Positions 52,004 through 64,000 of a stretch of DNA of 64,000 nucleotides are shown here, piece after piece; the first letter of the stretch is position 1; the number at the start of each line of letters is the position of its first letter. The DNA is from Octopus vulgaris (taxonomy: Eukaryota), in NCBI GenBank assembly GCA_951406725.2, contig OX597818.1, positions 113,522,001 through 113,586,000 of the forward strand, in the 5' to 3' direction. The position numbers were made by a program, and so were the translations under genes. The notes under the pieces were generated by a model, which saw nothing but the letters and a program-made list of their open reading frames with translations, was not told where the DNA came from and searched no databases.

Positions 52004-52479
52004 GTCTGTGTGTGTGTGCGTGTGTGTGTGTGTTGGTGTGTGTTCCTTAGTGAGTGGATGAATGCGTGTTTGTGAGTGAGTCTGTGTGTGTATATGTGTG
52101 CATGTTCAATTTGCAGACATACAGAAAAGTACTCAATCCAGAAGTAGAGTATAGTTATTCGTTATGAGTTTTATATTATTCTTATCATCTCCCCCACTCC
52201 CCGCTCGCATCTCTTGCTCTTATGATATGTATGTGTGTGTGTGTATTTCTTTCTGTCTGTGTTAGACCCTTACATACTGCCTGACATCCGATGTCGATGT
52301 GCTAAAGTTCCCGTAACTTAGTGGTTCGTCAAGAGACTGATAGAATAAACATCAAGTGAGGAAAATGTATACTAGGATCGGTTCACTTCACTAAAAATTC
52401 TTGAAGGCAGTGCCCCAGAATGGCCAACGTCTAATGACCGAAACAAGTAAACTATAAAAGAGACAGACACACAGACAGG

Positions 52480-52553
<74 letters not shown>

Positions 52554-52663
52554 TAGATAGATAGATAGATAGTTAAATAGATAGAGAGATAGATAGAGAG
52601 AGAGAGAGAGAGAGTGAGATGGATAGAAAAATGAGCAGATAAATATAGGCATACATATGCATA

Positions 52664-52699
<36 letters not shown>

Positions 52700-52831
52700 T
52701 GTATGTATGTATGTATGTATGTGTGTGTGTGTGTGTATGTATGTTTGTATGTATGTAGATATATGATAGATTGGTATGTATACACTATATATGAATATAT
52801 ATAATTGTATGTATATCTACGTATATGTATG

Positions 52832-52862
<31 letters not shown>

Positions 52863-53624
52863 ATACACACACACATATTTTTATGCATGTATATGTATGT
52901 GCGTGTCCGTTTGTATATATATATATGTGTGTGTGTGTGCTGTATGTATGTATGATCTATGTGCATAATTATACGCATGTGCATCTGTACCTGTGTTGAT
53001 ATATGTGTGAGAGAGATTGTGTGCATGTGTGTCTCCGTGTGCGCAATGTATCTGTATATATGTATATGTATATGTATATGTGTGTGCGTGTGTGTTACTG
53101 TTTTTCTTATAGACCCTGCAGGTCGGTGATGAATACGCAGGTATACGTGTATGGTTGTCTGCATATAGGTGCATCTGTATGCGTAAGAAAGATAGAGACA
53201 GAGATGAGAGGAAGAAACCGAGCGAAAAAGCAGGTAGGAGATGGTAAGAAAAAAAAACCTCTGCTGTCCATAACTGACGATTGATCATAAAAAATCTTGC
53301 TGTATTTCTTTCTGTTTTGTTATTTTAAGGAGGATGTTTTCTTTTTCTTTTTATTTTTACTTATTATTTCATTTTCGTTGTTGTTGTTGTTGTCGTCGTT
53401 CTTGATACCAAAGCCATCACCGTCACCATCTCCACAACCACCGACACCACCATCGCAACTTCCTCGCAAAGATACTGAGACCCGAGACTTACTTTGAAGT
53501 AAATGAAACACTAAACTCCGACTCTTTTTGCTTCGCTTCAAAAATCGACCACTTAGGTTCTCCATACCAAAACCGCTGAGCTGCTTAACGTCTTACTGAT
53601 AAAACTTTCTTCCTCAAACTTTAT

Positions 53625-53686
<62 letters not shown>

Positions 53687-53875
53687 GTACACACACATAT
53701 ATATATGTATATGTATATGACTCGCACAAATATATATATATATATATATATATACATGGGTGTGTGTTTGCATGGGTATGTGTATGTATCTATAATATAG
53801 CAAAGATGAGACATCTGAAGGCTTTAAGATTATGATAATGGTGGTGGTGGTGGCGATAGTGATGATGATGATGAC

Positions 53876-53912
<37 letters not shown>

Positions 53913-54388
53913 TTTTCTATTTCTAAAGATGATAAAATTAATGATGGGGACAAGAAGAAAAGACGAAGATGCAATACTTTTTTTTAAGCGCTTTGAGATT
54001 TACGAATGGCAGACATTGTAAAAAAGAGCGCGCCTCTCCTATATTGTCACGTAAGTAGCTAGTAATAGCAGCTTAATCTCTCTTAAATCACATCCTACCT
54101 TCTTGGAAAAGGACACGTTGGATAAGGTGACATTTAGTGCCGTTTAGATTGGGAAAAAACCGGATGGTCACGATTGGATTGCTTTTGATCATACATCTGC
54201 TTGATCAAGGCTGGCTAATCTTCATCTCTGACCCTTGACAGCAGCTCCGCCAAAGAGACGAGTTGTTAAAGCAAACCGGATGTACTTCGGACAGCCATCA
54301 ACTTCAGATGGTCAACGCTGCTGAATGCTCCGGGGTAGTTGAGCAAATGCACACCATAGCCAGGTTTTGTCTATGTATCTAGCTAGTA

Positions 54389-54422
<34 letters not shown>

Positions 54423-54426
<4 letters not shown>

Positions 54427-54630
54427 GTGGGGAGAGTTCACGAAAAAAACAAAAGACGAAGACAGGTGGTGTTCAAAACAAACAGATATATTAGTATAAC
54501 GCTCAGGAATAGAAAAAGTCTTTTACGTTTCGAGCCTACGCTCTTCTACAGAAAGGAACACAGAAAAAAACAAGGAGAGAAACAAGGGGAGAAAAAAAGT
54601 GTGTAGTTGCTACCGATCTATCATGGCGAC
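54423..54630 (-). mobile_element. Penelope-like pseudo-LTR fragment with variant minimal hammerhead
   Basis: Minus strand 54520-54555 reads CTTT-CTGTAGA-A-GAGC GTAG GCTC-GAAAC-GTA-AAAG; the fragment abuts (TA)n. Confidence 0.55.
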
Positions 54631-54752
54631 TCATGCCTACCTGCATATCTTTCTATCTTTGATTGTCTGTCTGTAATTATATTTTTCTATCTGTTTATCT
54701 TTCTGTCTATATATATATATATATATATGTAATGTATGTATGTATGTATATA

Positions 54753-54813
<61 letters not shown>

Positions 54814-54884
54814 GCCTACCTACATATCTATCTATTTATCTCTGTTTGTCTGTCTGCCATCACGAAGGAAAGTTTGTACGATAA

Positions 54885-55758
54885 CAATTTAACCTCTTTG
54901 TGAGTGATTCGGGCCGTAAAATATCAAGGAAATCTCCTTTAATCGAGTTGTTTTCTGCAACCCAACCACTCTTTGATTCGCACAAATAGCAACGCTCCGA
55001 GAATGCAGTCAGTTTCGAGAGTCATTTACAAAGTTTGTGATGAAGATTACTTCATTTAAATGTTAAGCGTGTAAAACAGACTTCCACAGACCGATTCCAC
55101 AAACCACCCTGAGCCTGAAGAATCTCAGATACGTTTTCATCTTTTTGTAATACCTCTCTCGATGGGAACAGCAGCGGGCCGGCTTCATAAGTAGGACTAA
55201 ATCGTTGCTTAGTTTCGACAATACTCTTCTTATCCGATCTCTACCGAATGACTTACGCTCGTTCGTATTTCCTAACTAATGCCTTAATTCGGTCAACGCA
55301 ACCTTCGTACCTTGCATCATAGGAATGATTGAATACCAATTTCACTGGTAGCATATCGGATGCAATGCATTTCCTCGCAGCCTCTTCTAAACTGACAGCT
55401 AAGTTCCCCTCAACGCAATGTTTCTATTGTTGCTCTTTTATAAAACTCATCAATTCTATCATGAAAATTCTCTTTAATGATACCCACCAACAGTTGCTGA
55501 CTATCCCTAACTTCAACTGCAACCTCACTAATACGCTGAACTGGTCTATGTACGATCCAACGCGTTTTGTTTCCAGTAAATAGATCGCAAAACAGGTTAG
55601 CAAAACTTTCGTACACTCCTTTTTTATTGGATACATACATATAGTTTCCTATGTGCATCTAAGATAGTATTCCATTCATTCACAAATGAGCTGTTCCAGG
55701 ACGTCAGACGTATTCTACCAGAATATATTTCGTATTCATCTAAAAAAAATGCTCCAGA

Positions 55759-55812
<54 letters not shown>

Positions 55813-56020
55813 AATCCTGGTACCGCTTTTGGCTGCGACATCTGTACTGAGTGATCTGCTCTCGTCAAATGAGCGTACTTTCTTCCAAAACAACACCATA
55901 ATACGATAAAAGTTACTTATCATAAGAGAAGAGCAAACGCTTAGTCTTAATTTTAGAATTTCAAATTTTGTTTGTAAAGTTTTCATAAAAAAAGCCATTT
56001 CCGTATGTCCCTGCAAACTA
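54885..56020 (-). mobile_element. BEL/Pao LTR-retrotransposon integrase remnant
   Basis: GHTEMAFFMKTLQTKFEILKLR (zinc-binding region), VLLTCFAI, KLVFNHSYDARYEGCVDRIKALVRK (compare WKFNPP.APHFGG.WE.LV..VK) and L*SRP (compare LNSRP), in the expected order; interrupted by (CT)n. Confidence 0.6.
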
Positions 56021-57484
56021 CTGCAATAGTTTCCGCCAAAAATATTTCAGCGGTTTTGACAAGTTCGACAATGAAAGTGTTTCTCAACCTGTTAACAACC
56101 AAATTATTTTATTTTATTGAATTTTCAGGCTTTAAAAAGTTTTCTTAACAAACTTGGAATTCAGTCCAGTGATACCTAGTCCTACATTACAGCTTGCCCA
56201 CCAAGAGTCTACGGAACTCACTTCGTAAACCATATGCCCGTGGGTATATCATCCGAAACGTTGTGTTAACAACAAACAAGATGAGCACAAATATCCATCA
56301 AATGTAAACAATGTACATAATTCCTCGTCTCTTAAATATAGAAATGTATTATTACAAGAATAGTTTTGTGGAGAAGTGTAGAAAAGATCAACTTCAAAAA
56401 TAGTTTCTGTTGATGCTCTTTTTATTTCATAGATACATACAATTATATGTAAATACATGGGAAGTAATCTCGCTTTGTCAATAATAAGAAACTTGAAAGT
56501 AGAATGTTATCTCTGGGTTTTTTTGTCTAAAAGTTTATCTGTCACGAAGAAGTGACATGAATTACACTGCTAATCTATTCCATCGAAGCTACACAAGAGA
56601 AAGAGTCAGGTTTTATGACTTAAGGGCATTATTGAGAAGAATAACGTCTTATATCATCAGTGCAAGAACGTCAAATTACAAGGTGTTGTATGTGAGATTG
56701 AGTGACATAGCTTCCAGAAGGCACGGAAAAAATCCTGGCTTTTGTAATTTCCTATGGAAGTTTCTTGAAGCGTTCCGAAATATCATTTAGAATAATTCTG
56801 GCTAAAACTTAGAATGATTTTGGCTGAAATCTTTTCAGCCAATAAAAGAACTTGTTTTAGATTAGTTTCGCTTTCATTACCTTCAACCCGCCAAAACAAA
56901 CAGCTTTCACTACAAGTGTATCAATGGAAGGTTATTCTAAACTCAATGTTACGATATTATTGATTTCAAATTCCGGCACAAGGACAGCAGTTTCGGCGGA
57001 AGTGGGTAAGTCAATTACATCGACACCAGAATTCAAGTGGTATTTATTATATCGACCCTTGAAGGATGAAAGGAAAGTAGACTTCGGTGGTAGTTGAACT
57101 CAGAGCGTAAAGATGGCTGAAATGCTGTTAAGAGTCTTGCCAGGCATGCTAACGATTCTACCAACACGCCACGTTAGACCATTACCAAATTATTAAATGG
57201 TTGAAATTATCGTGAAGATAAAAGATTATTGTGAGGTCACTTAAAATAGCAGCCCATAAATATGTTCAATTTCAAGGAGATAACGTTTTCATTTCAATGA
57301 ATTCTCCCACAGACTCCAATATTTCGAAAGATCTGTCGACTCAACAGTTCTGAACCCACACCACTGACCGCATTAAGACTTTTGTTTATCTCTAGAGCTC
57401 TGTAGAAACAAGGCTGGGGGTTACTGGTCTTTGGCCTCTACTTGCGGATGGATCTTAATGTGTGTGTGTGTGTGTGAGTGTGTG

Positions 57485-57570
<86 letters not shown>

Positions 57571-57692
57571 TTTGTGTTTTCTATTTGGAACTCCAACGAG
57601 CCACTGTTTAACTTTCAAATGTTGGTATGAGGGGTACGGTGCTTATTGTTCTTGATGCTCTCGTTACTGTTGTATTATAAGCTGCATCTTTC

Positions 57693-57910
57693 AGGCGGCG
57701 AGCTGGCAGAATCGTTAGCACGTCGGACAAAATGCTTAGCGGCACTTCGTCCGTCTTTACGGTTCGGTGTTCAAATTCCAGCGAGGTCGACTTTGCCTTT
57801 TGTCCTTTTGGGGTCGATAAAGTTATTACCAGTTGAGCATTGGGGACGGATGTAATCGACTTACCCCCTACCCCGAAACTGTTGGCCTTGTGCCTAAATC
57901 GGAAACCATT
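57693..57910 (+). mobile_element. Older full-length family-A SINE (other old copies at 8120-8305, 56960-57175, 63670-63930 on minus)
   Basis: Head, central domain and variant tail GGCCTTGTGCCTAAATCGGAAACCAT. Confidence 0.85.
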
Positions 57911-58230
57911 ATCTACGTCATTACTTATTGATGTGGTTGCTGCGTATGTAATTGTGGTTACTAAAGTTCTTGCAGTTGTCGTCGTTGTTGCTGTTGTTGT
58001 GACATCAGATGGCAGTTCCTGACAGGCTTCGTAACAACTCACCCGTCACCGATTTTCATGGTGTTTGCTCGCGAACCTTGGCTAAAGGGAGATTTATCTT
58101 CATCGTTTTTCTCCTCTTCCACCCTGCCTCACGATACCCACGTCTCCCCGGCATCGCCTGAGCGGTCAGAGAAGTAGAAAAACCCTGTTCACGTAGGTTA
58201 TGTGTATATGTGCGCAAATGTTTGTTTTAT

Positions 58231-58282
<52 letters not shown>

Positions 58283-58708
58283 GCGTGTCTGGCGGGTATT
58301 TCTTTGCTTTTATTTCAGTTGGAAAAAGATTATTTCAGATAGCAAATTCTTTGTCGTTTCCAGTATGTTAATATTAATAAACAATTCTTACACACACACA
58401 CACACGACCACACACACACAGATGCAGACATATGCTCACACTCGTACACACACAAACACACACACATATTTATTTACATATATATAGCAGTATATATACA
58501 TACATGTATATATATGCACATGCACATATGTGTATATATGTATATACGTATATACATATATGTGTATATATATATATATATATATAATGTATAATATTTA
58601 TATATCTATATGTATATGTATATATGTTTTCAGTTTCATGAGCACATGAGGCATACATATATATATATATATTATATTATTATATCATATTATATCATAT
58701 ATATATAC

Positions 58709-58755
<47 letters not shown>

Positions 58756-58886
58756 ATAGTATAATATTTATATATCTGTATGTATGTGTATATATGTTTT
58801 AATACACATATACATATATATATATATGTGTCTATGTGTGTATATATATATATGTTTGTGTATACATATATATATATATATATATA

Positions 58887-58925
<39 letters not shown>

Positions 58926-59093
58926 GTGTGTGTGCGTGTACATTTATTTGTTTTGATCTTACTTTCACTTTCACAATGTGTTACTCGGTATCTCTTTTCT
59001 TTTTATTTTGTTTTATGTATTGGTGTGTTTTCACCATAAATACATTCTCACATTTTTTTCTAATTATGCTCACGTTTTATTTTTTGAGTATAC

Positions 59094-59128
<35 letters not shown>

Positions 59129-59167
59129 GATATATAGATGTATTTATATGTATGTGAATATATATAG

Positions 59168-59227
<60 letters not shown>

Positions 59228-59547
59228 TGTATGTATGTATGTATGTATGCGTGTATGTCGTGCTTGGTGTGTATTTGTATTCTACATGAGACTGAACTAT
59301 ATATGCGTGTGCATTTGTGTGTGTATGTGTGTGTATGTGTGAGTGTGTGTACGAGTGGAGAGTGACAGGATGAGAGGGGGCATACAAACAAACACTTATA
59401 GACACAAAGACGCCAAAAAGAACGAAGAGACAGAGACAGAGACACACAGAAGTGTATATGTATGTATATGTATATGTATGCTTGTGTGTACATATATATA
59501 TATGTATACATACATACTTACATATATACATACATTCATACATACAC

Positions 59548-59584
<37 letters not shown>

Positions 59585-59639
59585 CACACACATACATATA
59601 AAAGACAGTGAGAGGAAGGTGAGACGTGTGTTGTGTTTT

Positions 59640-59773
<134 letters not shown>

Positions 59774-60199
59774 AGTGTGAGCAAAGTTATGCATAAAAAC
59801 ATACACACGCGCACAGGTAAACATTCATACCTCTGTGTATATAATTGTGTTTGAAATCTAATAAATAATAAATATCGAGCTGGAAGTTTGCTATGAAAGT
59901 ATTATTAAAACAGCGCACATTTATAAACAACAATACAATAGCACACGATAATACCAGTCTTAATACGAAAAAAAATGTTATCACACGCGTCTTGCTCTTC
60001 ATGGAATAGCTGTGAGATAACTGTGACATAATAGTGAGTTGAGCTGCCATTGTGGCTCGGATATCTCATGGCTTCTCCTGGAAAACGCCAAATGAGACGT
60101 ACACGTTCGTTTTGAGGTAAGAGTTATGTTTTGTTCTGAATTTGTGTTTGGGTGTGACATATGTGTGCATGCGTGTGAATGTGAGAGGATCTTTGTGCA

Positions 60200-60275
<76 letters not shown>

Positions 60276-60355
60276 GCGTCGTGGTGAGAGTTTTTGGCTC
60301 GCGATTATAAGGTCCAGTTCGATATCCGGCTGTTCATTGCGTCCTTCAGCTAGAC

Positions 60356-60440
60356 CAGTGGTTCCCGACCTGGGGTCCGCGGACCCCTGGTAGCCCCAAA
60401 GGTAGTACTGAGAGTCTGTGAACTAAATTCAACATTTCAT
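60356..60440 (+). mobile_element. hAT (Charlie-like) left end
   Basis: CAGTGGTTCCCGACCTGGGGTCCGCGGACCCCTGG preceded by AGCTAGAC, close to the NTCTAGAN Charlie target. Confidence 0.7.
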
Positions 60441-60469
60441 ATGTATATATATGTATATACACACATGTA

Positions 60470-60820
60470 TATGCGCAGACGTGGCTGCGTGGTAAGCAGC
60501 TTGCTTACCAACCACATGGTTCTAGGTTCGGTCCCACTGCATAGCACCTTGGCAAGTGTCTTTTACTATACCCTTGGGCCAACCAAAGCCTTGTGAGTGG
60601 ATTTGGTAGACGGAAACTGAAAAAAGACCATCGTATGTGTGTGTTTGTGTTTATCCCCCCACCATCGCTTGACAACCGATATTGTCGTGTATACGTCCCC
60701 GTAACATTAGCAGTTCGGCAAAGGAAACTGATAGGATAAGTACTAGGCTTACAAAGAATAGGTCCTGGGGTCGATGTGTTCAACCAAAGGCGGTGCTCTA
60801 GCATGGCCACAGTCAATGAA
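60470..60820 (+). mobile_element. SINE B
   Basis: Family motifs. Confidence 0.9.
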
Positions 60821-60930
60821 GGATGGAGCCAAACAGACACACATTAATATAAATAAATTATATATATATAGTGACCACGTTATTTAATTTCAATTAACGA
60901 TCTTATCCTCAAATATATATATATATATAC

Positions 60931-60961
<31 letters not shown>

Positions 60962-60966
60962 TAGAC

Positions 60967-61047
<81 letters not shown>

Positions 61048-61188
61048 TGGTGGTTATGACTCCTAGCTTTCACCCAGGCGGCCCGGTGTCGATTTCCGGC
61101 ATCAGAACTTATTATTACTGGCGGTGCCCCAGCATGGGCGACAGCCTTAAGGCTGAAACGTATAAAAGAACAAAAGGATAAAAGAATA
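61048..61188 (+). mobile_element. Minimal tRNA-Glu(TTC)-derived SINE or tRNA pseudogene with B-type tail
   Basis: TGGTTATGACTCCTAGCTTTCACCCAGGCGGCCCGGTGTCGATTTCCGGCATCAGAA aligns to eukaryotic tRNA-Glu (..GGTTAGGATTCCTGGTTTTCACCCAGGCGGCCCGGGTTCGA.TCCCGG..). It is followed by GGCGGTGCCCCAGCATGG..GCTGAAAC..TAAAAGA. Confidence 0.8.
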
Positions 61189-61224
61189 TAAATGTACGTA
61201 TATATGCATATATATATTTATATA

Positions 61225-61615
61225 TATCTTTTTCCCGCTTCGGTCATTAGTGCACGACCATGCTGGGGTACCGCCTTGAAGAATCTTAGTCGAACGAATC
61301 AACTCCAGTATTTATTTTTTAACCTCGTACCCATTCTATTGGCCTCTTTTGCCGAACCGTTAAGTAACACGGACGTAAACGCACCATCACCGTTTGTCGA
61401 GTGGCGGTGGGGGACAAACACAAACACAAAGGCAAACATAGATAGATATGTACACGTCGGGCTTCTTTCAGTTTCCGTCTACCAAATGCACTCACAAGGC
61501 TTTGGCTGGCTTCAGGTTATAGTAGAAGACACTTGCTCACGATGCCACGCAGTAGGACTGAACTCGGAACCATGTGGCTGGTAAGCAAACTTATCACAAC
61601 CACGCCTGCGCCTAT
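61225..61615 (-). mobile_element. SINE B
   Basis: Full family-B sequence on the minus strand. Confidence 0.9.
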
Positions 61616-61683
61616 GCTGCACCGGCGTCTCTGGCACACCTCTGCTCATACATATATATATATATATATATATACATACATGC

Positions 61684-61743
<60 letters not shown>

Positions 61744-61786
61744 ATAGAGAGGAGGAGGAAAGAAAGTAAGAAAGAAAGAAAGAAAA

Positions 61787-61874
<88 letters not shown>

Positions 61875-61912
61875 AGGAAGGAAAGGGTGGGACAGTGAGA
61901 GAAAAGTTTAAA

Positions 61913-63010
61913 TCTGTATGAATTCGACATAATACGAACCCGATATAATACGAATTATGAAATGAAACCATTTTTTGTATTTGTATTTTTGCGTGCGGAA
62001 GTTGAAATCTGTTTGCTGTGATCCGATTAGTCATCTGTCAATTTACTTTTGGTTGTCATTGTACGACAACGTCCTACATTTATTTATCAATTTTCAAATA
62101 CAACTGGTAGTGTTGTTTTATTTTCACCATTCTCGGTAAATATTAGAAATGGGAAAAATTGTTGTATCGGATATGATTTCTCTGTGGAAAAAAAAGAGAT
62201 TTACTATTACATTGAAGCAAAAATTTGATGCAAACGCGATAGCTATTCGAAAATTGTTAGATATTTTAGCATGCATCTATCCCCTGTACAAAAGGTAATA
62301 AAATACACAGTTGCAATAAAAGAAACGGTAAATTAACATCAGCTGTTTCAGGTTTACAAAACACCCAAAAGCATTGCCATGAAAGAAACGGAACGTCTTT
62401 TCGCTGAATGCATTAAAGATTGTAATCAAAAACGTATTCCTCTTTGCAAAGCAAATGCTTTGGGCATATTTACTGGCGTGAAAAATAATGGTAATCAAAT
62501 CAACACTGGAGAGAGATTTACTTCAAATGTTCACTTATTTGAATGATTTAAGAATAGAATTCAGCAGCATAATGCGAAATTTTATAGAGAATTAACCAGT
62601 GCTGACGAAGAATTCGGATATACAGACAACACATATCTAAGATGGAAAACAACGGGACTTTTTTTTTGTTTTTTGGAAAAGAATTCCTTCAAGGTGTTAC
62701 ATTTTTTAAAATCAAATAACTCAGCCAGCATTATTTACAGTGTGAAAGGATCGTTTACCATTTTCTTTATATATAGGCTGTATGTAGGCTGTATGTTTAA
62801 AACTAATGTTTTTTGTACAATTTATCAAATTCATGTTCACTTAAATAATGCAACTTTAACAATAAAATTAATTTTAAAATGATGAAAGGGTTCAATGAAA
62901 AAAAAGAGTAGCGTATTATTCGCAGTTCATCAGCTGTTTTATTGTTTAGAATTTACATGGAATACGACCGTTCCAAGAAAACAAAGTATAGTGACATTGG
63001 TGAGTTCTGT
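61913..63010 (+). mobile_element. Tigger/pogo DNA transposon remnant (internally deleted)
   Basis: ITLKQKFD, ETERLFAECIKDCNQKRIPL..ALGIF, HNAKFYRELTSADEE and FWKRIPSR in the order of the CENP-B-like HTH through the start of the DDE domain (compare GEAASAD, DETGLFWKKMPSRT). The ends are approximate. Confidence 0.75.
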
Positions 63011-64000
63011 TCTTTGTAGAATAATGTGTATTCAAAGAGAATGAAGAATGTGCCTAAGAAAATGGTGTGTACAAGTTTAAGTGTTGGCAGTTCTTTCTAC
63101 AGCACAGTATTTTGAGGCATAACTCCGGAAGCTACCAAAATCAAGATTTTGGCTGCCGTCACGTTTCTCTGCTCACGTCATTAAGTTCCTGACATCTAAA
63201 TTCATTCTTCGGGTCTGTTCTATTTTATTGGGCCCCAGAACAGATCCGACTGGACAGGTATTTGGTGACGTCATCCCTTAAAATCCCGGATGCATTTTTT
63301 ATAATTTCATTGGTCAGATTTTTGCTGATGCCATTACTCGATCTAAGAAAATCTTGTGTAGTTGTTTACAAAAACCTCTAAATTAAAGAAAACAGTCGGT
63401 GTTCAAATTGAAGCAGAAACCTGCTACACAGCCATCGATCTTTTTAGCTATTTTGGTGTATCAATAAAAAGGCATTGATGATCAGATTCGTTTTAGAAAA
63501 TAGGTTTCTACATATTTTAATCCAGCCGTTGTAAATTATTTTAAGAATATAATATTGCCTTTTATGGATTGATAAGTTTAGGTAATGTCCCTCATCCTCC
63601 AGTGACATGCGATCATTAGTGTGAAAATATAAAAGTTATTTTTTACCCCTTAGTAATGGGACAAGTAATGGCTTCAAGTCCAACAAATTATGGCCAGGGG
63701 TTAGTCGACTATGTCGACCCCAGTACTCAACCTATTTCACCGACCCTTGGGCTTAACCGGCACTTATTTCATCGACCCTGGTGCTCAGCTGGTACTTACT
63801 TTATCGAACCCGGAAGGATGAAAGGCAAAGTTGATCTCGGCGAAATTCGAACTTAAAGCGTAAAGAGCCGTAAGAAGTGGCGCTATGCATTGTATCCTAC
63901 GCGTTAATAATTCTGCCAACTCACCGCATTAACAGGGAACATAATAACTGCACCATTAGAAGACATTGGGAAGCAATTTTGCTTTTGATAAAAGTAGTAC

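Noticed and set aside
49248-53974. Many YI/CV/HT-repeat ORFs (also near 25600, 41000, 58400-59850)
   Set aside because: Dinucleotide and tetranucleotide repeats simply lack stop codons.

Overview
AT-rich, microsatellite-saturated eukaryotic DNA with no convincing intact protein-coding gene. It is most likely intronic or intergenic DNA of an octopus (coleoid cephalopod); this is an inference from the repeat families, not a database result. Nearly all ORFs in the track are microsatellite or SINE artefacts. The window holds: (i) dozens of tRNA-derived SINEs built from exchangeable head/middle/tail modules (my labels A1/A2, B, C, D, E); (ii) decayed LINEs (Tx1, RTE, R4/Dong, CR1); (iii) a BEL/Pao integrase remnant, a Tigger transposase remnant, hAT ends and a complete non-autonomous Helitron; (iv) three long fold-back elements; (v) Penelope-type minimal hammerhead motifs; (vi) a 2.3-kb trinucleotide field. 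The most interesting signal is an apparent self-targeting LINE/SINE system. SINE subfamily A2 ends in the same 3' tail as a Tx1-clade LINE fragment at 650-1046. That tail is repeatedly followed by GGT, often at the same position inside the tRNA head of another family-A SINE, which gives head-to-tail SINE stacks. Protein family assignments come from my own translation and remembered motifs and need HMM/RepeatMasker confirmation.
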